Source of the DNA: an uncultured Clostridia bacterium
GTDB lineage: Bacteria > Bacillota > Clostridia > TANB77 > CAG-508
DNA: 64,000 nucleotides
Assembly (NCBI GenBank): GCA_963931085.1
Contig: OZ006973.1
Coordinates: forward strand, 1,200,497 to 1,264,496
Reading direction: 5' to 3'
Positions 41,543-51,047 of this stretch are shown here, one piece after another (positions within the stretch are counted from its first letter, which is position 1; each line of letters starts with the position of its first letter). A program made the position numbers and the translations under genes. The notes under the pieces are model-generated. The model ran no database searches and was not told the DNA's origin. It saw only the letters and a list, made by a program, of their open reading frames with translations.

Positions 41543-41878
41543 TTATGCTAATTTAGATTTTATAGATATAATTCTATTTTTATATTTTTGTATTGATTTT
41601 TTAGTTTTCTCAATTTGACTTTCATATAAATTACTTAATAAATTATAATCTTCTTCTGATAAATCTTCTTCTTTAATCAATCCAGCTTTAAAATCTTTCT
41701 GCAGTTTTAAGCTTCTTTTCTCTTCTTCATTAGCTACAACTATTTTATCTTCAAAATGGATATTTCTTTGTGTTTTTATATTATTTATAGGTTCTACATA
41801 TTCTTTTGGAGCTTCAATGTACTGCTTTCTATTTATTCCGAATACATTTCTAAAAAAACTCTTTATATTCTCTATCAT
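41543..41878 (-). CDS. hypothetical protein
   Basis: 111-aa ORF directly downstream of the 803-aa gene. Confidence 0.4.
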   Translation of the reverse strand: MIENIKSFFRNVFGINRKQYIEAPKEYVEPINNIKTQRNIHFEDKIVVANEEEKRSLKLQKDFKAGLIKEEDLSEEDYNLLSNLYESQIEKTKKSIQKYKNRIISIKSKLA

Positions 41879-41886
41879 TTTTCCTC

Positions 41887-44298
41887 CTACAATTCCTGGT
41901 CGTTTTTATTTGGTAATTGCTTTTCATACTGTTCACACAACTCTCTAGCTTGTCGTTCTTTATCCTGTAAGTCTGTTAATTCATCATCTAGTTCTCTAAT
42001 ACTTTTTTTACCCATTCTAGTTGTTCTTTCTTCACATAAATTTCCTTTAGCTGGATTATTATCAATCATTTTATCTATTTCTTCTTTTTGTTCTTGAATT
42101 CTTTCTTCTCTTTGTGCTCTTAATTGTTTGACTTCTTCCTCTGTAAATCTATATTTAGCAGGAACTTTATTTCTATCAAAATAAGCTCCTCCAATAACCG
42201 CCTTTTCGCCACCTACTAAAGCTAATTCTTCGTTGATAAACTCTACCATTTTTGCATCTCTATTTTTTACAGCCTCTGCAAATTTTCTACCATCTTCACC
42301 ATATAAATATCTATATGCTTCCCAAATCTGATCCCCTCTAATATTCATATCATCTAAGCTTAGTAAAAGCAAAACACCTTCCTCGTCAGACTTCATAAGT
42401 TCAGTTAAACCAATCATTGCACCAGGCACATCTTCTGACATTTTATAAATAATATCATCTATAGAATCATTTACATCTATTTTCTTTCTAGCAGTTGGAT
42501 CATCTGGTAGAGTTTCTTCAGCATACATTTCAAAAGAAAACGCTTCTCTTACTGCTTTTCCTTCATCTTCTATACTCTTAACTGATGGTATAGTCAGATC
42601 AATATTATTTTCCTCCGCATATTTTACTAATCCCTCTCTAATACTTTTATCATCATAATTAAAGTCGTTACTTGCAATTCTACTATCTAAAACATCTAAG
42701 TTTCTTCGTAATGCTTCTGGAGTTGAGTATATTACAACAGAAGTATATCCTGAAAAATCTCCTAAATATATAAAATCATCTTTAACATATAATTGCTCAT
42801 CTGCAAAAGGATGTCCCATCTCTTTTAATTCTTCTTTGAACAATTTACTCATATTCATTACTTGTGCTTCAGTTACAATTTCAGCCCAATTATCTTCAAG
42901 TTTTGTTAAAATTCTTCTTTTCATTTCTTCTGGATCTTCACAAATCTCTCCATATTGTTTCATTATTGCATCTGCTATCATTTCGGTTTTCTCATGGTCT
43001 ATCTCTACTTTTGGAATTGAAATATCTTCTCCAGTAATTCCATTTTCTTGCATATATCTTCTATATGCTTGCTTTTTAGCTGTAATTTTTTCTATTTCAA
43101 AACATTTTTCTTTAAAAGCATTAGTATTATGTAATCTTCTTACTTCTTGCATTATTCTTTGATATTCTGCTCTAACAAATTCTGGTGTTCCATAAGCTAT
43201 ATCTGGTCTAAATTCATCTGGACGAGTTATACTGTCCTCATCTATTTTCAAACGTAAACTATCAATAATTTTACTTTCTCCTATAATTTTTTTAACAGAG
43301 TTCAAATCTCCAAAATTATACCAGTTTAAATTCATTATTTTAGAATAATTTTTTATTATATCGTCTTGAAATACTTGTGTATAATCACCTTGTTTTGCAT
43401 TATTATTTACAACTCTATTTATATATCTAGCTAAACTTTCTACTTTTGCCATATCAATTTCTATTGGTTCTAATACATCTGAATTTGTAATCTCAATACC
43501 ATTTTCTTCTGCATAAGATATATAAGTGCTTTTTAATTTTCTAACTCTATCTAAATAGATATCTCTATTATCTTCACTCTGCTTCTTATATAATGCCCTA
43601 CTATATAAATCAAATATTCTTTTATTTATTCCATCTGGTGTGGCATAGAATATATTAATTTTTCCCCTCATTAAATCTTCTTCTGCTACTAAACCATCTT
43701 GTACTGTAATTGTATATCCAAAACCATTAAATTTTTCATAGTCTAATCCATGTAGCATTGCCATTCTAGCTAAATCACCATAGTGGTCATGAAAAAGTTC
43801 GTCATCATCTGGTATTTCTACTATTTCTGAAAGAAAGCTATTAGGTACTGCAGAAAACAAATCAGAATAATGTTCTGTAAAATATTGTCTTAATTCTTTT
43901 TCAAATGCTGTTGTATCTATTTTTTCTAATGTTTCATTTTCACCTAAAGTTATAGATCGTAATACACCTTTATTTCTATCTCTTGTATTTGGTGCTTTTG
44001 CCCTTTTAACATATATTGAAACTAAAGCATTAATTATATTTTCATCTACTTCTGGATTCACTATATCTTTTATTCCTAAACTTTCTCTGTCATCACTTGA
44101 TATTTCTGATAAGCTTCTAATACTTCTTAATATTTGTTCTATTTTCTTTATATTTTCAGTTAATTCACTTATTCTAATTTGTTTTTCACTCTCTGATAAA
44201 TCTGATTTTTGTATATCAGCATATTGTAGTGCAAAGTCTCTATAAAGTTGTTGTATAGCATCTTCTACTTCCTTTTTTTCTACATTATAACTACTCAT
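41887..44298 (-). CDS. large (803-aa) soluble alpha-helical protein, hypothetical
   Basis: Complete ORF with no recognizable catalytic motif. Leads a three-gene minus-strand cluster with a polytopic membrane protein and a transglutaminase-like protein. Confidence 0.45.
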   Translation of the reverse strand: MSSYNVEKKEVEDAIQQLYRDFALQYADIQKSDLSESEKQIRISELTENIKKIEQILRSIRSLSEISSDDRESLGIKDIVNPEVDENIINALVSIYVKRAKAPNTRDRNKGVLRSITLGENETLEKIDTTAFEKELRQYFTEHYSDLFSAVPNSFLSEIVEIPDDDELFHDHYGDLARMAMLHGLDYEKFNGFGYTITVQDGLVAEEDLMRGKINIFYATPDGINKRIFDLYSRALYKKQSEDNRDIYLDRVRKLKSTYISYAEENGIEITNSDVLEPIEIDMAKVESLARYINRVVNNNAKQGDYTQVFQDDIIKNYSKIMNLNWYNFGDLNSVKKIIGESKIIDSLRLKIDEDSITRPDEFRPDIAYGTPEFVRAEYQRIMQEVRRLHNTNAFKEKCFEIEKITAKKQAYRRYMQENGITGEDISIPKVEIDHEKTEMIADAIMKQYGEICEDPEEMKRRILTKLEDNWAEIVTEAQVMNMSKLFKEELKEMGHPFADEQLYVKDDFIYLGDFSGYTSVVIYSTPEALRRNLDVLDSRIASNDFNYDDKSIREGLVKYAEENNIDLTIPSVKSIEDEGKAVREAFSFEMYAEETLPDDPTARKKIDVNDSIDDIIYKMSEDVPGAMIGLTELMKSDEEGVLLLLSLDDMNIRGDQIWEAYRYLYGEDGRKFAEAVKNRDAKMVEFINEELALVGGEKAVIGGAYFDRNKVPAKYRFTEEEVKQLRAQREERIQEQKEEIDKMIDNNPAKGNLCEERTTRMGKKSIRELDDELTDLQDKERQARELCEQYEKQLPNKNDQEL

Positions 44299-44491
44299 TA
44301 CATAAACTCTCCTTTTTATTTTTTTATATCATATAATTTTCCTTTTCACAACAATTATAACAAGTAAGCAATTTTTGTTATAAAAAAATAATGTTTTCGT
44401 AATATTTTTGTAATGCTTGTTTTTTCAAAATTCTTCTTTATATACTTGTTACTTTTGGAATATCTTTTAAAGTATAAAAATAAAAATTCAA

Positions 44492-45619
44492 TTATAGATT
44501 TACATCATTAATTACTTTATTTATTTTTTCTGTAATTTCCACAACAAAATCTAAAATTATATAATATGTATATATAAGTTCTTTATCCATAGAATTTCCA
44601 AATATTTGTGGTTCAAACATGTTAGATACAAAAAATCTTAGATAAATTTTATTATTCATTAGTACAATTTCAAAATCTATATCATATTTATTTTTAAAAC
44701 TTATTAAACTTTCCATTACATCTGCAGTTAATATTTGCATAGCTAAAATCTTATTTTCTGAAAGAACATCAAAACTTTTTTCAAACTCCTCACTATCCAT
44801 ATTTATACTTAACTTTTTATTCTTTATAAAATTGTTTCTTGATATTTTTACATATCCATTTATATTTTTATTCCCCTTAGCAACTGCAAATATTCCCTCG
44901 AATATTTGCTCTACATTTCTACTTCTCCCGCTTCCAGTAACATTCTTTACATCAATATCTACCATTTTTATAAATACATTATCTGTTAATTTTCCTTCTA
45001 TATAATCTGTACAATTATATCTATTAAAACAATGTGTTTCTATTTTTGACTTTATAAACTCTCTTTGAAGAAAATCGCCTTCTTCTTCCAAAAGTTTATA
45101 CTTCAAATTATTATTTACTAATTTAACAAAACTAGATATGATTTCTTTTTTATATTTTTCCTTATACTTTCTTTTACTTCTTAAACAGATAAAACTATAT
45201 ATAGAGATTAATAACAAAATAAAACCAATAAGCACTATTCCCAGACTTTTATAGCCTTCTCCCACAAGACAACATATAAATCCGGATAACAATAATACTA
45301 TTTTTATAATCTCTTCCCTTTTAGCTTTCTTTCTTAGTTCTTCTAAACTTTTAATATGACTTTCATATAATTTGTCATATATCTTATTAAATTTATCAGT
45401 ATTTTCATTTTTTATTAATATTTTTTCTTTATTTATTTTTTTATTGTTTCCTTTAGAAATACTAATTATAGTTAATATAAGTAATGTAGGAGTTAAAATA
45501 AATGCAATCAAAGATATAATAATTGCTAAAGTATTTAAAGAAATATATGAACTAAAAATTGCCAATAAAATTACCAAAAGTATAATTATTATACATATAA
45601 CATAAATTAAATTTTTCAT
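44492..45619 (-). CDS. polytopic membrane protein, hypothetical
   Basis: 375 aa. TM helices 1-3, then a soluble domain. Confidence 0.4.
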   Translation of the reverse strand: MKNLIYVICIIIILLVILLAIFSSYISLNTLAIIISLIAFILTPTLLILTIISISKGNNKKINKEKILIKNENTDKFNKIYDKLYESHIKSLEELRKKAKREEIIKIVLLLSGFICCLVGEGYKSLGIVLIGFILLLISIYSFICLRSKRKYKEKYKKEIISSFVKLVNNNLKYKLLEEEGDFLQREFIKSKIETHCFNRYNCTDYIEGKLTDNVFIKMVDIDVKNVTGSGRSRNVEQIFEGIFAVAKGNKNINGYVKISRNNFIKNKKLSINMDSEEFEKSFDVLSENKILAMQILTADVMESLISFKNKYDIDFEIVLMNNKIYLRFFVSNMFEPQIFGNSMDKELIYTYYIILDFVVEITEKINKVINDVNL

Positions 45620-45798
45620 CTGTTCTCCTTTTATTTTTTATATTTATATCTTATCTCTTTAATAATATTAAAATTATATATTAAATTTAACATATAAGAA
45701 AATTTTTAACAATATTAAAGCTTAATGTATAATAATTTATTATAAGCAAAAAGCAAGGAAAATAATTCCCTGCTTTTAACTTAAAAATATCTTAATTA

Positions 45799-47424
45799 TT
45801 AATCTAAAGATGGGCCATCTGCACTTTTTTTGCATGAAGGCCTAATTGTTCCTCCTCCATTTGGATTAAATGGACGTGCTTTTTTCTTCATTTCTTCTAT
45901 TATATTTTTAGATTTATCATATAATCTTCTCTCTTTTCCATTGTCTGCCACATTTAAATCAGAAAAACTTACATTAAAGAAATCTTCAGGTTCATTTTCT
46001 GGATAAGAACCATCTTTACTATGTATCGCAGCAGAAATATCTATAAATTTTACTTCTCCATTATCTAAGATAGCATTCCATGCGTGACCAACTTCTACTC
46101 CATCAGATAATATAGATCCTGTTATAAATTCACATGGCAGATTAAATTCGTCACACACGTCTTTAAAAGCTGCTGCAAAGTCTCTACAAACTCCGTATTT
46201 CGTTGCAAATAAATCTCCTAATCTATAATCTTTTCTGCTTTTTATTTTCTCTGCACTTTCATAACATTTTCTTGCATTTTCAATTAATGTTATTAATTCG
46301 TTATTAGGATTATTCTCTTTTTGTAACTCTTCTAAAAGTCTATTACATTTTTCTAACTCACTAAGTTTAACATACCCATCTATTTGTGATGTAATTGGAA
46401 TTAGATGATTTCTATATTTAAGTGAAATTTCTTTAAAGTACCCATAACCTTTTGCTGAATCTAATGTTGAATAATCATAATTAAACCTTTCTACAAAGAA
46501 ATCAAATATAGCTTTATATTTTTCTTTCTCCGACATATCTTCCGAAATACTCTTACGCAAGTATGAAATAACATAGTCTTTAGCCATTTTTCTATTCATA
46601 TCAATAATCTCTTGTTTTTCTTCAGCTGTAATTATAGCTTGTCCTGTCATAGGTTGGAATATCATTTTTTTATTTTGATTATAATATAACATTCTAATTA
46701 ATTCATGAATTCTTGATTTATCTAATTCATTAAATTCAGAAGTATATCTTATTATATCGTCTATAGAATATCTTTTCTTTTGGCCTTCTAGTCTTTCACA
46801 AATATTAGAAAAATATTCTGATACTTCTTCTACTTCTGTATTTTCATCTACTGGATATCTAAGTATTATACTTCTTCTAGTATATGGAGTAGTATAAACA
46901 AAATTACTTCTTCTAAAAAACTCTTTATCCATTTTATCATCTGGACTTTTAGTTAAAGCTTCATATGTACTTATTCTATCAATACTCCAAGCACGTCCAG
47001 GCATTTCTATTTGATGAATTGCATAAATAACTCTTTTATCTCCTTTATAAGAATCAAAACTACTTATACCATATGTATATTCTGGCCTTTTATCATCCTC
47101 GTTTAATTCATCATATAAATCATTCATTATTGCTTTATTTTCATCAGAAAGAGAATCATAATCTAACATTATATATGCATATCCATTTCCAAATGAAAAA
47201 ATAACAGAATCAAAATCAGAATTTGTTAAATACATATCTTCACCATTTTCGTCTTGCCAGCTAACATTTATCTCATTAGCACTTGACATCACAGTAATTA
47301 TATTTTTCCTATATAACTGTTTTACTGGCTTTCTTACAGGAGTTTCTATTAACTCTGAAATATCACTTTCCATATCAATTATTTTAAAATTAGATTTATC
47401 TCTTTTTACATCTTTAACTTTCAT
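45799..47424 (-). CDS. transglutaminase-like cysteine-protease-domain protein
   Basis: ~541 aa from MKVKDVKRDKS, with RBS AAAGG. C-terminal GVCRDFAAAF...GHAWNAI...D matches the transglutaminase-like Cys-His-Asp core. Confidence 0.6.
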   Translation of the reverse strand: MKVKDVKRDKSNFKIIDMESDISELIETPVRKPVKQLYRKNIITVMSSANEINVSWQDENGEDMYLTNSDFDSVIFSFGNGYAYIMLDYDSLSDENKAIMNDLYDELNEDDKRPEYTYGISSFDSYKGDKRVIYAIHQIEMPGRAWSIDRISTYEALTKSPDDKMDKEFFRRSNFVYTTPYTRRSIILRYPVDENTEVEEVSEYFSNICERLEGQKKRYSIDDIIRYTSEFNELDKSRIHELIRMLYYNQNKKMIFQPMTGQAIITAEEKQEIIDMNRKMAKDYVISYLRKSISEDMSEKEKYKAIFDFFVERFNYDYSTLDSAKGYGYFKEISLKYRNHLIPITSQIDGYVKLSELEKCNRLLEELQKENNPNNELITLIENARKCYESAEKIKSRKDYRLGDLFATKYGVCRDFAAAFKDVCDEFNLPCEFITGSILSDGVEVGHAWNAILDNGEVKFIDISAAIHSKDGSYPENEPEDFFNVSFSDLNVADNGKERRLYDKSKNIIEEMKKKARPFNPNGGGTIRPSCKKSADGPSLD

Positions 47425-47622
47425 AATTATTAACCTTTCATTTATATTATTATTTATTATCTTAATTTTTATATAAAAGTCATTATCCATAATAAATAAT
47501 AAAAGCTAAACACTTTTATTATACAATAGTTTACATAAATTATCAAGAATTCATAATTTATTCCTTTAATTATCTTATTTAAAAACAAAAAAATACAGAC
47601 TAGAATTAATCTAATCTGTATT

Positions 47623-47712
47623 TGGTGCAGATGGCCGGAATCGAACCGGCACGGGAGGTTAAGTCCCGCAGGATTTTAAGTCCTGTGCGTCTGCCAGTTC
47701 CGCCACATCTGC
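47623..47712 (-). tRNA. tRNA-Leu (anticodon UAA), long variable arm, encoded CCA
   Basis: Minus-strand GCAGATGTGGCGGAACTGGCAGACGCACAGGACTTAAAATCCTGCGGGACTTAACCTCCCGTGCCGGTTCGATTCCGGCCATCTGCACCA. 7-bp acceptor stem, T-loop GGTTCGATTCC, anticodon loop CTTAAAA. Confidence 0.85.
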
Positions 47713-47848
47713 ATTTAAACTGGCACGTCAGTAACTAGCTGACAAGAGTTATTATACATTTGTATTATTTTTTTGTCAATACCTTTTTTATATTTTTTTA
47801 TTTTTTTACAAAAAGAAAAAGGGTACTTATAAAGCACCCTTTAATCTA

Positions 47849-48124
47849 TTATTCTTCTACTGATTCTGTTTCTGGAGCTTCATAAGCCTCTAAAATAGCT
47901 TTTTGAATTTTCTCTCTAGTTTCAGGATTGATTGGATGAGCTATATCTTTGAACTCTCCACTATTAGGTATTTTTCTGCTAGGCATAGCAATAAATAACC
48001 CATTTTGACTTTCGATAACTTTGATATCGTGAACTACGAATTCATTATCGAATGTTACAGAAGCAACAGCTTTCATTCTGTTTTCTGAATTAACTTTTCT
48101 TAAACGTACATCTGTTATTTGCAT
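47849..48124 (-). CDS. spoVG: septation protein SpoVG
   Basis: [51 protein letters not shown] is near-identical in pattern to B. subtilis SpoVG. Confidence 0.92.
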   Translation of the reverse strand: MQITDVRLRKVNSENRMKAVASVTFDNEFVVHDIKVIESQNGLFIAMPSRKIPNSGEFKDIAHPINPETREKIQKAILEAYEAPETESVEE

Positions 48125-48350
48125 TTGAGCACCGCCTTCCAATGTTTTTTATTATTTTATACATATTTTATATTTATATGTACATTATTATTATTCTCCA
48201 AAAAAAAATTTTTTCCTTCTTATTTTTACATTAATTTCACTTAAAAATTTTATTATTTTTTTATAAATTATTATCTTTAACACAATTTTCCTTGAAAAAT
48301 ATAATAAAACAGTATATAATTCTTATATTGAAATTAAGGGAAGTGTTTTT

Positions 48351-49742
48351 ATGAATTACAAACTAGAAAATTTAGATAATATTAAACATATCCATCTTAT
48401 TGGTATAGGTGGAGTTAGTATGAGTGCTATAGCTGAAACTCTATTAAATTGGGGCTATACAGTTACAGGCTCAGATATGTGTCAAAGTGAATATACAGAT
48501 AAATTAGTAGCATCAGGAATAAAAGTTACTATAGGTCATGATCTTACTAATTCAAAAAATGCAGATTTAATAGTATTCTCTGCTGCAATTAAAGATAGTG
48601 ATCCAGAAATAGTAATTGCAAAACAATGTAATATTCCTTTAATAAATCGTGGTGAATTTGTTGGATTCTTAACAAGAAAATTTAAAGAAAGTATATGTAT
48701 TTCTGGTACTCACGGAAAAACAACAACAACATCTATGATTGCTCTTTGCTTTTTAGAAGCACATACAGATCCTACTATACAAGTTGGTGCTATACTAAAA
48801 CAAATAAATGGTAATTATACAGTTGGAAATAGTGATTATTTTATATTAGAAGCTTGTGAATATATGGAAAACTTCTTAAAGTTTTCACCAAAAGCTGAAA
48901 TAATATTAAATATAGATAATGATCATTTAGATTATTTTAAAACATTTGAAAATATAAAAAAAGCTTTTATTAAATATGCTGAGTTAATCCCTGAAAATGG
49001 TGTTTTAGTAACAAATGCAGATGATCAAAATTGTTTACAATTAAAATCTCATGTTAAAGGTACATTTATTACTTATGGTATAAAAAATACTGCAGCAAAT
49101 TTTGTAGCAAAAAATATTAGATATAACTCATTTGGTTTTCCAGAATTTGATGTATATCATAATAATATGTTTTATTCACATATAAAATTATCTGTTGCCG
49201 GATATCATAATGTATTAAATGCTTTATCTTGTATTGCAATGTGTGATTATTATAAAATTAATAAACAAGCTATAGTAACTGGACTTGCAAAATTCACAGG
49301 AGCCCACAGAAGACTTGAGTATGTTGGATCATATAAAGGTTTTAGTGTATATGATGATTATGGTCACCATCCAACAGAAATCGAAGCTACATTAAATGCT
49401 ATCAAAAATAGACCATACAATAAGACTTGGGTAATATTCCAACCACATACTTATAGTAGAACCAAAACTCATTTAGAAGCTTTTGCAAATATTTTATCTA
49501 AATTTGATAATGTAATTATTACAGATATATATGCTTCAAGAGAACAAAACACATATGATATATCTGCTAAAGATTTAGTAAATAAGATTCATTCTCTAGG
49601 GAAAGAAGCTTTATATATAAAAGATTTTACTGAAATTGCAAATTATGTAAGAACACATGCAGAGCAAAATGATTTTGTACTTACTTTAGGTGCTGGAACA
49701 GTAACTGAAATCGGACCAATGATAGTTGGCAAGGAAAATTAA
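48351..49742 (+). CDS. murC: UDP-N-acetylmuramate--L-alanine ligase
   Basis: 463 aa. Mur ligase Rossmann (IGIGGVSMSA), central (GTHGKTTTTSM) and C-terminal domains. RBS AAGGGAAG. Confidence 0.92.
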   Translation: MNYKLENLDNIKHIHLIGIGGVSMSAIAETLLNWGYTVTGSDMCQSEYTDKLVASGIKVTIGHDLTNSKNADLIVFSAAIKDSDPEIVIAKQCNIPLINRGEFVGFLTRKFKESICISGTHGKTTTTSMIALCFLEAHTDPTIQVGAILKQINGNYTVGNSDYFILEACEYMENFLKFSPKAEIILNIDNDHLDYFKTFENIKKAFIKYAELIPENGVLVTNADDQNCLQLKSHVKGTFITYGIKNTAANFVAKNIRYNSFGFPEFDVYHNNMFYSHIKLSVAGYHNVLNALSCIAMCDYYKINKQAIVTGLAKFTGAHRRLEYVGSYKGFSVYDDYGHHPTEIEATLNAIKNRPYNKTWVIFQPHTYSRTKTHLEAFANILSKFDNVIITDIYASREQNTYDISAKDLVNKIHSLGKEALYIKDFTEIANYVRTHAEQNDFVLTLGAGTVTEIGPMIVGKEN

Positions 49743-49804
49743 TTACAAAAATAAAATTAAATTATGACTATATTATAGAAAATAACAGGTATTTCTTATA
49801 CCTG

Positions 49805-50971
49805 TTATTTTATCATTTCTTTTAACATTAAATCTGCAAAAACACCATATCCTACTTCAGAATTATTTACTAATACATTTGTTACTACACCAATTAGCTT
49901 TCCGTTCTGGATAATTGGACATCCACTCATTCCACATATTATTCCACCTGTTTTTTCTATTAATTCCTCATCTGTTATTCTAATCTTCATACTTCTATTA
50001 TTTATATTATTTTCTATATTAATATTCTCTATTTCAATTTCATATTCTTTAGGTTCATTTCCATCTATAGAACATAATATATATGCTAGACCTTTCTTTA
50101 TTTCACTTCTACTTGCAACTTTAATTTTATCATTGCTTGATATATTATTAATGTTTAAACTTCCATATATTCCGAATTCAGTATTTTTTTCTATATCTCC
50201 TAACTTATCATCTTCTATTAAGGCTCCTTTTATTTCTCCTGGCATACCATATTCTCCTTTAGAAATTGAAATTACCTTTGAGTTTAATAGACTTCCTTCC
50301 TCTATTTTTAATAATTCGCCTGTATCTTTATCATATACCCCATGTCCTAGTGCAGCAAAATCATTTGTTTCTGGATTATAAAATGAAATAGTACCAACTC
50401 CAGTAGCACCTTCTTTTACCCATAGTCCAAGCTTATAACTATTATCTTCTGTTTTTACAGGAGAAATTGTAGATACTAAAATCTCATCATTATCTCTTAT
50501 ATACTTTACTAGTAGATCTTCTCCATTAGATTTTTCAACAATGCTTTTTATATTTTCTATAGACTCTACTTTTTCATTATTAATACTTATTATTGCATCT
50601 CCTTCTTTAATATCAGATTCATTTAATATATTTTCATTTATTCCTACAACAAGAATTCCACTTGTATATAGTTTAAGCCCTACTATTTTTCCAATTGGTA
50701 TTACTTCTACTTCAGGAAGAATTGTTACATTTACTTGTTTTACTTTTATTCCTCCTAATGTAACATTTACTTTTTTTATGCTACTTTCTCCTAAAGAAGA
50801 AGTAGAAGTATTCACATAATTTTCTTCTTTAAATTCAATACCATATAAAGTATTTATACTAATTTTTTCATTTTTTAGTAAAACTATTGATTCTGGAATA
50901 TTATCAATATTACATGTATAAAATAATATAAAAAGCAAAAAAAATATTAATATTATCAGACTTTTTTTCAT
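49805..50971 (-). CDS. spoIVB: stage IV sporulation protein B (SpoIVB, peptidase S55 with PDZ domain)
   Basis: 388 aa. Signal/TM, a PDZ-like segment, and the S55 catalytic region including the GMSGCPI serine motif. Confidence 0.8.
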   Translation of the reverse strand: MKKSLIILIFFLLFILFYTCNIDNIPESIVLLKNEKISINTLYGIEFKEENYVNTSTSSLGESSIKKVNVTLGGIKVKQVNVTILPEVEVIPIGKIVGLKLYTSGILVVGINENILNESDIKEGDAIISINNEKVESIENIKSIVEKSNGEDLLVKYIRDNDEILVSTISPVKTEDNSYKLGLWVKEGATGVGTISFYNPETNDFAALGHGVYDKDTGELLKIEEGSLLNSKVISISKGEYGMPGEIKGALIEDDKLGDIEKNTEFGIYGSLNINNISSNDKIKVASRSEIKKGLAYILCSIDGNEPKEYEIEIENINIENNINNRSMKIRITDEELIEKTGGIICGMSGCPIIQNGKLIGVVTNVLVNNSEVGYGVFADLMLKEMIK

Positions 50972-51047
50972 TTAACTAAAATATCTCCTTTTAGAAATTA
51001 TTTTAACCAATTTATCTGATAATATTAATATAAAAATTCATAAATAA

